Below the pieces are notes generated by a model. That model was not told the origin of the DNA. It did no database searches and saw only the letters and a list, made by a program, of their open reading frames with translations. A stretch of DNA of 64,000 bases from an uncultured Acetobacteraceae bacterium (GTDB lineage: Bacteria > Pseudomonadota > Alphaproteobacteria > Acetobacterales > Acetobacteraceae). Where the stretch lies: contig CAXTCT010000001.1 in assembly GCA_964242565.1 (NCBI GenBank), positions 500-64,499 of the forward strand, given 5' to 3'. This document shows positions 47,815 through 58,125 of this stretch, in pieces (position 1 is the first letter of the stretch; each line of letters begins with the position of its first letter). Made by a program: the position numbers and the translations under genes.

Positions 47815-48600
47815 ATGCGGGTCGTCATCCTCGGCTGCGGCGGATCCGCGGGCGTGCCGATGCTGGGGGGTGCCGACGGCACCGGCCTCTGGGGCGCCTG
47901 CGATCCCATGGAAGCCCGGAACCGCCGCTCACGCTCGTCGATCATGATTGAAGCTGACGATGGCCGGCGCCTGCTTGTCGATACCGGACCCGAGCTGCGC
48001 GAGCAACTGCTCGCCAACGGCATTGGCCACATCGATGCGCTGTTCTACAGCCACGCCCATGCCGACCATGTCGCGGGCCTGGACGAGGTACGCAGCCTCA
48101 ACCGGATCATTGACCGGCCCATCGAAACCTTCGCCACGCGCGCGGTGCTTGACGAAATTGCCAACCGCTTTGCCTATGCCTTCCGGCCCTGGTCGCCGCC
48201 CGGCTTCTACCGTCCGGTTATGATCCCGCGCGAAATCAGAGCCGGACAGACAATCAGTATCGAGGGCCTGGAGCTGCAGCTGTTCGACCAGATCCATGGG
48301 GGCAGTCTCACCCTCGGGTTCCGGGTCGGTAATTTTGCTTATTCGACCGACGTCGTCAGCCTGCCCGAACCGGCAATGGCCGTCCTTCACGGCATCGATA
48401 CCTGGGTCGTCGATTGTTTTCAGCGCGCTGTCCATCCGGCCCATGCCGACCTGAAAATGGTCCAAGGCTGGGCAAAACGGCTTGGAGTCCGGCGCACGAT
48501 CCTGACCCATATGGGGACCGACATGGACTGGGCCTGGATGGTGCGGAACCTTCCCCCGGGCCTCGAGGCCGCATACGACGGGATGCAGATCCAAGTGTGA
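47815..48600 (+). CDS. MBL-fold metallohydrolase (PhnP-like)
   Basis: LGCG.S.GVP, DTGP, SHAHADH, YSTD, LTHM. Confidence 0.92.
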   Translation: MRVVILGCGGSAGVPMLGGADGTGLWGACDPMEARNRRSRSSIMIEADDGRRLLVDTGPELREQLLANGIGHIDALFYSHAHADHVAGLDEVRSLNRIIDRPIETFATRAVLDEIANRFAYAFRPWSPPGFYRPVMIPREIRAGQTISIEGLELQLFDQIHGGSLTLGFRVGNFAYSTDVVSLPEPAMAVLHGIDTWVVDCFQRAVHPAHADLKMVQGWAKRLGVRRTILTHMGTDMDWAWMVRNLPPGLEAAYDGMQIQV

Positions 48601-48955
48601 TCCGGACGCCGCAAGATTCGGCTGCTGGGCAGATTACTTTAAGCGCAGACGCAATTTAGTTGAATCCTCAACCGGGGCAGAGATAGCCTCGTCGAGAACC
48701 GCGTGACATTTTGTCATCCGAGCGGTTTTTTTGAGGGAGCCTTCTCATCTCTAGGCGTCAGAAGCAGCAGATCCCATGGCTTGTTTTGCGTACGCACACG
48801 GAAGCATTCGCGTGCCCCCGGGCCAGACAAGCATCAGCCGACCGTTTCGACCACCTCCCTCGGCGAAAAGCGTTTCGGCCGACTTGGCGCACAAGTCAAG
48901 TCCCAACAGCCGCTATGCCCCGGCCGACGTTATCTTTATCCGCGGAGTCCCCCTG

Positions 48956-50902
48956 ATGGCACCTCTGGACGACGTCTTCTCTCTCGCAACCGCCATGCGC
49001 GAGGAACGCCGCGAGACCGAGATGACCCTCGCGCAATATCTGCAGGCCTGCGCCGACGATCCCTACTGCTACGCCAGCGCCGCCGAGCGCATGCTCAGGG
49101 CCATCGGCGAGCCGGCCATGGTCGACACCTCGAAGGATGCGCGACTCGGGCGAGTGTTCATGAACCGCACCATGCGGGTCTACCCGGCCTTCTCGGACTT
49201 CCATGGCATGGAGGAGACGGTGGAGCGCATCGTCGGCTTCTTCCGACATGCGGCACAGGGTCTGGAGGAGCGCAAGCAGATCCTCTACCTGCTCGGACCG
49301 GTCGGTGGCGGCAAGTCCTCGCTCGGCGAGCGGCTGAAGTCGCTCATGGAGCGCGAGCCGATCTACGTCCTCAAGGCCGGCAAGCATCTCAGTCCGGTGT
49401 TCGAGAGCCCGCTTGGCCTGTTCGACGTCGATCGCATGGCCGACGGCCTGTTGAGCCGCTACGGCATTCCGAGGCGCGTGCTGACCGGCATCGCGAGCCC
49501 ATGGGCGCTCAAGCGCCTCGAGGAGTTCGAAGGCGATCTATCGCGCTTCACGGTAGCCAAGCTGCATCCCTCCAAGCTGCGCCAGATTGCCGTCGCCAAG
49601 ACCGAACCCGGCGACGACAACAACCAGGACGTCTCGGCCCTGGTCGGCAAGGTCGATATCCGGCAGCTTGAGAGCTTTAGCCAGAATGATCCCGACGCCT
49701 ACAGTTTCTCCGGCGGCCTGAACCGCGCCAACCAGGGCATTCTCGAATTCGTCGAGATGTTCAAGGCGCCGATCAAGATGCTGCATCCGTTGCTGACGGC
49801 GACGCAGGAAGGCAACTATGTTGGCACCGAAAACATCGGCTCGATCCCGTTCACCGGCGTAATACTGGCCCATTCCAACGAAGCCGAGTGGCAGAGCTTC
49901 CGGAACAACCGCACCAACGAGGCCTTTCTTGACCGTGTCTGCGTAATCAAGGTGCCATACTGCCTGCGCGTGACCGAGGAGACGCGCATCTACGAAAAGC
50001 TGATCAGCAGCTCCGCCCTGGGTCAGGCGCCATGTGCGCCGAACACGTTCGAGATGTTGGCCCGCTTTACCGTGCTGTCGCGCCTGAAGCCGCACCCGAA
50101 CTCGACCCAGTACGCCAAGATGCGCGTCTATGATGGCGAGAATATCCGTGAGACCGATCCCAAGGCCAAGACCATGCAGGAGTATCGCGACTCCGCGGGC
50201 GTCGACGAAGGCATGGAAGGCATCTCGACGCGCTTCGCCTTCAAGGTGCTTTCCGGCACCTTCAACCACGACCCCAACGAGATCGCCGCCGATCCCGTGC
50301 ATCTGATGTATGTGCTCGAGCAGGCGGTTCGTCGCGAGCAGTTCCCGCCCGAGCTCGAGGCCTCCTACCTCGCGTCGTTGAAATCCGAGCTGGCCGGCCG
50401 CTACGCCGAATTTGTCGGCAACGAGATCCAGAAAGCGTATCTGGAAAGCTACCATGACTATGGCCAGAATCTTTTCGACCGGTATCTCGATTATGCGGAT
50501 GCGTGGATCGAGGATCAGGATTTCAAGGACCCTGACACCGGGCAATTGCTGAGCCGCGATCTGCTCAACACTGAGCTCACCAAGATCGAAAAGCCCGCGG
50601 GGATCGCCAACCCCAAGGATTTTCGCAACGAAGTGGTCAAGTTCTCGCTTCGCTCCCGCGCGGCTTCCGGAGGCAACAATCCGTCCTGGAATTCCTACGA
50701 GAAAATCCGCGATGTCATCGAGAAGCGCATGTTCAGCCAGGTGGAGGATCTGCTGCCGGTCATCAGCTTTGGCTCCAAGAAAGACGGCGACACCGAAACC
50801 AAGCATGGCCAGTTCGTCGAGCGCATGGTGGCGCGAGGCTATACCGAGCGGCAGGTGCGCCGGCTGGTCGAATGGTACATGCGTGTGAAGCAATCGGCAT
50901 GA
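48956..50902 (+). CDS. prkA: PrkA/YeaG family serine protein kinase (AAA+)
   Basis: LLGPVGGGKSS, EPGDDNNQD, EFVEMFKAPIK; GGAG RBS before ATG 48956. Confidence 0.95.
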   Translation: MAPLDDVFSLATAMREERRETEMTLAQYLQACADDPYCYASAAERMLRAIGEPAMVDTSKDARLGRVFMNRTMRVYPAFSDFHGMEETVERIVGFFRHAAQGLEERKQILYLLGPVGGGKSSLGERLKSLMEREPIYVLKAGKHLSPVFESPLGLFDVDRMADGLLSRYGIPRRVLTGIASPWALKRLEEFEGDLSRFTVAKLHPSKLRQIAVAKTEPGDDNNQDVSALVGKVDIRQLESFSQNDPDAYSFSGGLNRANQGILEFVEMFKAPIKMLHPLLTATQEGNYVGTENIGSIPFTGVILAHSNEAEWQSFRNNRTNEAFLDRVCVIKVPYCLRVTEETRIYEKLISSSALGQAPCAPNTFEMLARFTVLSRLKPHPNSTQYAKMRVYDGENIRETDPKAKTMQEYRDSAGVDEGMEGISTRFAFKVLSGTFNHDPNEIAADPVHLMYVLEQAVRREQFPPELEASYLASLKSELAGRYAEFVGNEIQKAYLESYHDYGQNLFDRYLDYADAWIEDQDFKDPDTGQLLSRDLLNTELTKIEKPAGIANPKDFRNEVVKFSLRSRAASGGNNPSWNSYEKIRDVIEKRMFSQVEDLLPVISFGSKKDGDTETKHGQFVERMVARGYTERQVRRLVEWYMRVKQSA

Positions 50903-50922
50903 GAGCGGAGCGATACGCGTAA

Positions 50923-52224
50923 GTGGATATCATTGATCGTCGTCCTAACCCGCACGGCAAGAATATCGAAAACCGTCAGCGGGTTCTGGTCAGGGCGCGT
51001 GACGCCGTGCAACGCGCGGCTCGCGACGCTGTCGCTTCCGGAAAATTGCGCGAGGTGGCGAAGGGAAGTGCGATCTCGATCCCTTCCGATGCGCTGCATG
51101 AGCCAAGCTTCCACCGTGTCTTCAGCGGCGGCACACGCGACCTCGTGCTCTCGGGCAACAAGGTGTTCTCGCGTGGCGACCGAATCCAGCGTCCGCCATC
51201 AAGCGGGGGCAGCGGCGGCGGGGCAGGGGAGGCGGGCGAGGATGGCGGCGGCGAGGACAGCTTTCGCTTCATCCTGACGCGCGACGAGTTCCTCGATCTG
51301 TTCTTCGACGATCTGGCGCTGCCCGACCTGGTCAAGCGCGAGATCACCACGACCGAGAGCATGGTGACCAGCCGCTCCGGGCTGAGCAGCGACGGCGCAC
51401 CATCCCAGCTTGATCTGAGCCGCACCATGCGCCACTCGATGGCGCGGCGGATCGGCCTGCGTCGCCCGAAGCCCGATTTCGTCAAGGAGATCGAAGCGCG
51501 CATCGCCGAACTGGAGAACGAGGTCAGCCTTTCTCCGGGCCTGCGTGACGAACTGGTCGCGTTGACCGCAGACCTGGTGATCGCACGGCGGCGCCTCAAC
51601 CGCGTGCCCTGGATCGATCCCGTCGACCTGCGTTACCGCCGTTTTACTCAGACGCCGAAGCCTTCCACCCGAGCTGTGATGTTCTGCATCATGGACGTGT
51701 CCGGTTCGATGACCGAGCGCATGAAGGATCTCGCCAAGCAATTCTTCCTGCTGCTGCACGTGTTCCTCGAACGGCGCTACAAGCAGGTCGACCTCGTCTT
51801 CATCCGTCATGCCGAGGCGGCCGAGGAAGTCGACGAGGAAACCTTCTTCACCGACCCGCGCACCGGCGGCACGATCGTCTCGTCCGCGCTCAAGGAGATG
51901 GTCGGCATCCAGCAGGCCCGTTACCCGGCGTCGGCCTGGAATATCTATGTCGCCCAGGCTTCCGACGGTGACAACTCCGCCTCCGACACGCCGAAATCCT
52001 GCGTCTTGCTGGAGGACCGCATCCTGCCCAGCGTGCAATATTACGCCTATATCGAGATCGTCGGCTCAGGCGCCATCATCCGTGGCGAGACCGATCTTTG
52101 GCGCGGCTACAAGCAGGTTGCCGAACGGTCGGAGCGGCTGGTGATGCGGCAGGTCGCAGAGAAACGCGACATCTTCCCGGTGTTCCGTGAGTTGTTCGCT
52201 CGTCGCGCGGAGACTGTCCCATGA
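50923..52224 (+). CDS. yeaH: YeaH/YhbH family vWA-domain protein
   Basis: IIDRR.N, MDVSGSM, GGT.VSSAL, ASDGDN. Confidence 0.93.
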   Translation: MDIIDRRPNPHGKNIENRQRVLVRARDAVQRAARDAVASGKLREVAKGSAISIPSDALHEPSFHRVFSGGTRDLVLSGNKVFSRGDRIQRPPSSGGSGGGAGEAGEDGGGEDSFRFILTRDEFLDLFFDDLALPDLVKREITTTESMVTSRSGLSSDGAPSQLDLSRTMRHSMARRIGLRRPKPDFVKEIEARIAELENEVSLSPGLRDELVALTADLVIARRRLNRVPWIDPVDLRYRRFTQTPKPSTRAVMFCIMDVSGSMTERMKDLAKQFFLLLHVFLERRYKQVDLVFIRHAEAAEEVDEETFFTDPRTGGTIVSSALKEMVGIQQARYPASAWNIYVAQASDGDNSASDTPKSCVLLEDRILPSVQYYAYIEIVGSGAIIRGETDLWRGYKQVAERSERLVMRQVAEKRDIFPVFRELFARRAETVP

Positions 52225-53825
52225 GCCTCGCCCCGCATCGCCCCCTCAGTCATCAGGGATTATCCATGCTGGACCGTTCGGCACCTCCGAGTGGCGGCGG
52301 GTCAGCACTTCTCTATGATGGTGCGGACTGGACCTTCGACACGCTGCGCCAATCCTACGATGCCATCGAGCGCATCGCCGAGAACGAACTGAAGCTCGAG
52401 ACCTATCCCAACCGCATCGAGGTTATCACCCCGGAGCAGATGCTGGACGTCTACACCTCCCATGGCATGCCCCTGATCTACAAGCACTGGTCGTTCGGCA
52501 AGCGCTTCGTTGGCCATCAGAATGCCTATAAGCGCGGCCTGATGGGCCTCGCCTACGAGGTGGTGATCAACTCCAGCCCCTGCATCAGCTACCTGATGGA
52601 GGAGAACAGCGCCACCATGCAGGCGCTGGTGATCGCGCATGCCGCCTTCGGCCATAATCATTTTTTCCGCAACAACCGCCTGTTCCGGGAATGGACCGAG
52701 CCGACGAGCATCCTCGATTATCTGGAGTTCGCGCGTTCCTACATCTCGCGCTGCGAGGAGCGGCACGGCGTGCGCGCCGTCGAGCGCGTTCTCGATGCCG
52801 CCCACGCCCTGCAAAATCAGGGTGTGAACCGCCATTCGGGCGCCAAGATGATGGACCTGAAAGCCGAGCAGCAGCGCGACCGCGAGCGTCGCGAACACCA
52901 GGATCGCGTCTACAACGATCTCTGGCGCACCTTGCCCAACGGCAAGCCCGCCGCGGCCGCGGACAACGTAGGCGATCGCCGTCGCAGGCTCGGCCTGCCT
53001 GAGGAGAATCTGCTTTATTTTCTGGAAAAAAATGCACCGAAGCTGGCGCCGTGGGAGCGGGAGGTCATCCGCATCGTCCGGCTGATCGCCCAGTATTTCT
53101 ATCCGCAGCCGCAGGCCAAGATGATGAACGAGGGCTGCGCCACCTGGGTCCATCAAGCAATCATGCGACGCCTGCACGAGCAGGGCCGGATCAACGATGC
53201 GGCCTTCCTCGAGGTGATCCACTCGACCACCAACGTCATCACCCAGCCAGGCTTCGACCAGGGCGGTGGCGGAAGCTTCAATCCCTACGCGCTTGGCTAC
53301 GCGATGATGACGGACATTGCCAGGATCTGCGAAACGCCGACGGCCGAGGATCGTACCTGGTTTCCGGCCATTGCGGGCAACCAGGACCCGATTGGTACGC
53401 TCAAGCATGCCTGGGCCGAATATCGCGACGAAAGCTTCATCCAGCAGTTCCTGTCACCGGCGGTCATGCGCCAGTTCCGCATGTTCCGGCTGCTTGACGA
53501 CGTTGCCAAACCTTATCTGCTGGTCGACGACATCCATGATGAGGTCGGCTATCGCGAGATCCGGCGCGCACTCGCACGCAGCTACGACCCGAGCCAATAT
53601 TATGTCGAACTCGAGATCGTCGATGTCGATCTGGCCGGCGACCGCTGTCTGCGCATGGAACATCGCACCCGTCCAGGCCAGTTGCTCGCCGAGCAGGACG
53701 CGCGAGCGACACTGCGTCATCTGGCCGAACTCTGGGGTTACGAGGTCAAGCTGATCGAGCTTGACCCACAGAGCGACACCGTGCTGGCCACACACAGCGT
53801 CTCGCCACAATCGGCCAAGGCCTGA
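52221..53825 (+). CDS. SpoVR/YcgB family protein
   Basis: HWSFGK, AYEVVIN, HAAFGHNHFF, MNEG.AT, NPYALG. Confidence 0.93.
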   Translation: MSLAPHRPLSHQGLSMLDRSAPPSGGGSALLYDGADWTFDTLRQSYDAIERIAENELKLETYPNRIEVITPEQMLDVYTSHGMPLIYKHWSFGKRFVGHQNAYKRGLMGLAYEVVINSSPCISYLMEENSATMQALVIAHAAFGHNHFFRNNRLFREWTEPTSILDYLEFARSYISRCEERHGVRAVERVLDAAHALQNQGVNRHSGAKMMDLKAEQQRDRERREHQDRVYNDLWRTLPNGKPAAAADNVGDRRRRLGLPEENLLYFLEKNAPKLAPWEREVIRIVRLIAQYFYPQPQAKMMNEGCATWVHQAIMRRLHEQGRINDAAFLEVIHSTTNVITQPGFDQGGGGSFNPYALGYAMMTDIARICETPTAEDRTWFPAIAGNQDPIGTLKHAWAEYRDESFIQQFLSPAVMRQFRMFRLLDDVAKPYLLVDDIHDEVGYREIRRALARSYDPSQYYVELEIVDVDLAGDRCLRMEHRTRPGQLLAEQDARATLRHLAELWGYEVKLIELDPQSDTVLATHSVSPQSAKA

Positions 53826-54007
53826 TCTGCCTGAGTTGGCATAATATCCATTATACGATTTTATGGTCGAAGCACCGGGCTGTAGCCGTGGCGTGGCAAC
53901 CAGAGGTAACGGCCCCGGTCGTGAGCGTGATCTGGTCGGAACAAGCCATGGATCTCCCGCGCGGCAGCGGGTCTGCGTGGCCGCCGCCTGCCCGCTCCCC
54001 GTCTTTG

Positions 54008-54409
54008 TCACCTGGGCGGCTGATATTGCGCGTCGCTGACCTGCTCCAGCCAATCGGCCGCGGATCCGTCCAACGACTCCTGGATGGCAATGTGGCTCAT
54101 CGCCGTGTTCGCCGAGGCGCCGTGCCAATGCTTCTCGCCCGGCGGGAACAAGACCACGTCGCCGGGACGAATTTCTTCCACCGGACCACCGTCCCGCTGC
54201 ACCCAACCATAGCCTGCGGTCACGATCAGGGTCTGGCCAAAAGGATGGGTGTGCCATGCCGTGCGGGCGCCGGGCTCGAAGGTTACCAACGCGCCGCCGG
54301 TTCGGGTTGGCTCGAGGGCGCTGAACAGCGGATCGATCCGAACGATACCGGTGAACCAGTCCGATGGTCCCCTCAGAGACGGCTGACTGCCGGCTCGCTT
54401 GATGTCCAT
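54008..54409 (-). CDS. Cupin domain protein
   Basis: [17 protein letters not shown] and PGEKHWHGA. Confidence 0.9.
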   Translation of the reverse strand: MDIKRAGSQPSLRGPSDWFTGIVRIDPLFSALEPTRTGGALVTFEPGARTAWHTHPFGQTLIVTAGYGWVQRDGGPVEEIRPGDVVLFPPGEKHWHGASANTAMSHIAIQESLDGSAADWLEQVSDAQYQPPR

Positions 54410-54590
54410 GCCCGCTCTCCCCATGCTTGCGATCTACACGAAATTTGGCCGATCGGCCGCGAGCCGATTACCCGTAGAGACCGCGTGAACGATTATGCGC
54501 CGCTGCTAAATGGTCAAGGCGAACCTGACCGACATCTCCATGTTCCTGACCTCGAGCGAATTTTCCCGCCGGATGCACCATAGGACCAGA

Positions 54591-55376
54591 ATGCCCGCGA
54601 GCCACACCATCGCAGAACAACAGACCCGCCGCCTGCTCGACATCATGGCGGCTTTGCGCGACCCCAAGACGGGCTGCCCCTGGGACATCGACCAGGATTT
54701 CGACAGCATCGCCCCCTACACCATCGAGGAAGCCTATGAGGTCGCCGACGCCATTGCGCGGCGAGATTATGCGGCCTTGCCCGAGGAGCTCGGCGATCTG
54801 CTGCTCCAGGTGGTCTATCACGCACGCCTGGCCGAGGAAGCCGGTCTGTTCAGCTATGCCGGTGTCGCCGATGCAATCTGCGACAAGTTAATCCGTCGCC
54901 ACCCGCACGTCTTCGGCAATGCCGAGCTCAAGCCGGGTGCCTGGGAAGACAGCAAGGAAGTCGAGCGTCGGACCCGCTCGGAGATCGGCGCCCTGGCCGG
55001 TGTGCCCACCAATCTTCCAGCTTTGTCCCGTGCCGCCAAGCTGAGCGCGCGCGCCGCCCGTGTTGGCTTTGACTGGCCCGATGTCAACCGTGCGATCGAC
55101 AAGATCGACGAGGAAATCGCCGAGTTTCGCGACGAGTTGCCGACGGGCGACCGGACCAGGCTCACCGACGAACTGGGCGACGTCCTGTTCACGATCGCCA
55201 ATGTGGCCAGAAAGCTTGGACTGGATCCGGAAGCCTGCCTCCGACACGCGAACGACAAGTTCAAGAGGCGGTTCGAGGCGATGGAGAGCCGTCTCGAAGA
55301 AACCGGCACCTCGCCGAAGCAGACAAGCCTTCCCGAATTGGAAGCCATCTGGCAGCAGGTAAAACGTAGCGAATAG
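54591..55376 (+). CDS. mazG: Nucleoside triphosphate pyrophosphohydrolase MazG
   Basis: GCPWD, EEAYEV, EELGDLLLQ, RRHPHVF, second ELGD motif. Confidence 0.95.
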   Translation: MPASHTIAEQQTRRLLDIMAALRDPKTGCPWDIDQDFDSIAPYTIEEAYEVADAIARRDYAALPEELGDLLLQVVYHARLAEEAGLFSYAGVADAICDKLIRRHPHVFGNAELKPGAWEDSKEVERRTRSEIGALAGVPTNLPALSRAAKLSARAARVGFDWPDVNRAIDKIDEEIAEFRDELPTGDRTRLTDELGDVLFTIANVARKLGLDPEACLRHANDKFKRRFEAMESRLEETGTSPKQTSLPELEAIWQQVKRSE

Positions 55377-55478
55377 CACTGCGCAAAGGGTTCTGGGGAG
55401 AGCTTCGTGGCTCAAGATGCTGGCACGTCAAAGCGCGTGATCCGCATGGTGGACCGAGCGTATTTCTTCCTCTCCCCT

Positions 55479-56345
55479 TCACTCCATCAATAGCTCACGC
55501 AACGCGCGCCAGCTCTCGCGGTCCGGTGCGCAAAGCAGACCGCCATCCAGATCGGTCGAGCGGTATTGCGAACCGTCGAAATGAGCCGAATACCCCCCTG
55601 CCTCGCGATGCAGCAGCCAGCCCGGCAGGTGATCCCAGGGCATCAGCCGGTTGAATATCAGGAAGTGGCAATGTCCTTCCGCGAGCATACGGTATTCATG
55701 GGCAGCGCAGCGATAATCCCAGTTTCCCGCCACGCGCATCAGGTTACGCGCTACCCGTTCACGCAGAGGCTCGGGCAGGTAGCGCACCGATACATGGCCG
55801 GTCATCCGCGACGGATCGACCGCGCCTGCAACCTTCAGCGTTCGGCGGGTTCCGTCGGCTGCTTCGCCCCAGGCGCCCTCGCCACGGACCGCAACAATGG
55901 TGTCGTCGCTTATCGGGTCATGGATCACCGAAGCGACCACCTCGCCGTTGCAGATCACCGCCGCCATGACGCCGAACAGCGGCACACCGGCTGTAAAATT
56001 AGAGGTGCCGTCGATCGGATCGACCACGATCGCCATTTCGGCGCGCACCATACGATCGAGCAGCGTAGGGTCCCGCGAGGTCGCTTCCTCGCCCACGATC
56101 AAGGCCCGTGGGAATAGCCGCGACAGCCCCTGTGTGATCAGCGCCTCGGCCGCCACGTCAGCCACGGTTACCAGGTCGAGCGGGCCGGATTTTGTCCAGA
56201 CCGCATCGCTTCCGAGCTTGCGAAAGCAGGGCAATATCTCCAGGCGCGCGGCGGCACGCAAAATCTCGGTGAGGCTGGCGGCATCCCTGACTGAAAAACT
56301 CACGATGCTGGACCCCTCGAACCGCCTTGCTTCAGAGCCTAGCAA
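55479..56345 (-). CDS. Inositol monophosphatase family protein
   Basis: DLVT.AD, GEE, DPIDGT.NF, PWDH. Confidence 0.9.
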   Translation of the reverse strand: MLGSEARRFEGSSIVSFSVRDAASLTEILRAAARLEILPCFRKLGSDAVWTKSGPLDLVTVADVAAEALITQGLSRLFPRALIVGEEATSRDPTLLDRMVRAEMAIVVDPIDGTSNFTAGVPLFGVMAAVICNGEVVASVIHDPISDDTIVAVRGEGAWGEAADGTRRTLKVAGAVDPSRMTGHVSVRYLPEPLRERVARNLMRVAGNWDYRCAAHEYRMLAEGHCHFLIFNRLMPWDHLPGWLLHREAGGYSAHFDGSQYRSTDLDGGLLCAPDRESWRALRELLME

Positions 56346-56360
56346 CGCGCGGCTGGGCTT

Positions 56361-57686
56361 TCAGCTTTCAACTGCCTCATCTTTCGGCATCGGGATGAGT
56401 GAATACTGGTTCTCGAACCGGGCCTGGTCAGCCTGCAGCAGACGTACACTGACCACCACCCTCTCCTCGCCGTCTAGCCGCTCCACGACCTCGCCATGTT
56501 CATACAGCCAGGCCAATGCCGCTCCAGCCCTGAATGGGATGGCATAGGTCGCCTTGCCCATGGCCGCGGTCAGCCTACGGTCGATCTCGGCCGTCATCCG
56601 GTCGAGCCCCTCCCCGGTAATCGCCGAAATGACCACCGCATCCTCGCGCTGTGGCACCGCGCTCGCACCTCCCAGCAGGTCGGCCTTGTTCAGCACCTCG
56701 ATCATGTGATCCTGCCATCCCGCCGATAGCGTCCCCTCTTTTGCCAACCCATTCAACACGGTCATCACGTCCTGGCGCTGGGCGGCAGAGTCGGGATGGG
56801 CAATGTCGCGCACATGCAGGATCACGTCGGCTTCCGCCACCTCTTCAAGTGTGGCGCGAAAGGCGGCGACGAGTTCTGTCGGCAGCTCGCTGATAAAGCC
56901 TACCGTGTCGGACAGGATCGCCCGGCGCCCGGATGGCAGGCTGATCCCGCGCATGGTCGGGTCCAGGGTCGCGAACAACTGGTCCTCGGCATGCACTGTC
57001 GCTCCGGTCAGCGTATTGAACAGCGTCGATTTTCCGGCGTTGGTATAGCCGACAAGCGCCACCACCGGAAACGGCGTCTTGCGCCGCGCTTCCCGGTGCA
57101 GGCCACGCGTCCGGCGCACCTGCTCCAGATCGCGCTTGAGCCGCACGATGCGGTCGGTGATCAGCCGACGATCCGCCTCGATCTGGGTCTCGCCTGGTCC
57201 ACCCAGGAAGCCGAAGCCGCCTCTTTGACGCTCGAGATGGGTCCAGGACCGAACCAGGCGGCTGCGCTGGTATTCCAGATGCGCCAGCTCCACCTGCAGC
57301 GAGCCCTCGCGCGTTACCGCGCGTTCTCCAAAGATGTCCAGGATCAAGCCGGTCCGGTCGATCACCTTGCAATCCAGCGCGCGCTCCAGGTTGCGCTGCT
57401 GAACCGGGCTCAGCCGGGCGTCGATGATCACCACGGTCACATCCTCGGACTGCATCGCGTCATGCAGGCTCTGGATCTGGCCGCTTCCGAGCAAGGTCGA
57501 GGGACGGCGCGCGCGCAACGGCAGCACCGCCTTATGCACGACAACCAGGCCGATCGAGGCGGTCAGGCCAACGGCTTCCTCAAGACGCGCATCGGCCGCT
57601 CGTACATCCTCCTGCCGATCCGGCCGCTCCCATGGGAGAATAACCGCGGCAAGAATGGGCCGGGCGCCTGTTTCAGAGAGAGCCAC
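56361..57686 (-). CDS. hflX: GTPase HflX
   Basis: [24 protein letters not shown]; GTG 57686 has an AAGGAGGT RBS inside the hfq tail. Confidence 0.95.
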   Translation of the reverse strand: MALSETGARPILAAVILPWERPDRQEDVRAADARLEEAVGLTASIGLVVVHKAVLPLRARRPSTLLGSGQIQSLHDAMQSEDVTVVIIDARLSPVQQRNLERALDCKVIDRTGLILDIFGERAVTREGSLQVELAHLEYQRSRLVRSWTHLERQRGGFGFLGGPGETQIEADRRLITDRIVRLKRDLEQVRRTRGLHREARRKTPFPVVALVGYTNAGKSTLFNTLTGATVHAEDQLFATLDPTMRGISLPSGRRAILSDTVGFISELPTELVAAFRATLEEVAEADVILHVRDIAHPDSAAQRQDVMTVLNGLAKEGTLSAGWQDHMIEVLNKADLLGGASAVPQREDAVVISAITGEGLDRMTAEIDRRLTAAMGKATYAIPFRAGAALAWLYEHGEVVERLDGEERVVVSVRLLQADQARFENQYSLIPMPKDEAVES

Positions 57687-58017
57687 CAGCGGATGCCACC
57701 TCCTTGCTCGACCGGGTTCCAGTGCTCGAGAGAGATCCAGTTGAGGGACTTCCGGAGCTTTCGCCGGACGCGGCCGCCTCGGTCTTGCTCTGGTCGAACA
57801 GCGCAATCGGCGCCGACGGCATCACCGTGCTGATCGCATGCTTGTACACCAGCTGAGTATGGCCATCGCGGCGCAGCAGCACCGAAAAATTATCGAACCA
57901 GGTGATGATGCCCTGCAATTTGACGCCGTTGACCAGAAATATGGTCACTGCGGTCTTCGAGCGGCGGACATGGTTCAGGAATACGTCCTGAACATTTTGA
58001 GATGGGTCTTTTGCCAC
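57673..58017 (-). CDS. hfq: RNA chaperone Hfq
   Basis: [24 protein letters not shown]; Ser/Gly-rich C-terminal tail. Confidence 0.97.
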   Translation of the reverse strand: MAKDPSQNVQDVFLNHVRRSKTAVTIFLVNGVKLQGIITWFDNFSVLLRRDGHTQLVYKHAISTVMPSAPIALFDQSKTEAAASGESSGSPSTGSLSSTGTRSSKEVASAGGSL

Positions 58018-58125
58018 GACCAGGCCTTTTCTTCTTGTTGTCGCGACGGCACATGCCGGTCGTCGTCGGAAGCATCGAATAATAGCAGCCCAAGCGGCGC
58101 GCGGCCAAGTTGCCGCAAAGCCGCT

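Noticed and set aside
48777-48790. Possible sigma54 promoter TGGC...TTGC upstream of prkA
   Set aside because: GG-to-GC spacing is 8 nt, not the required 10
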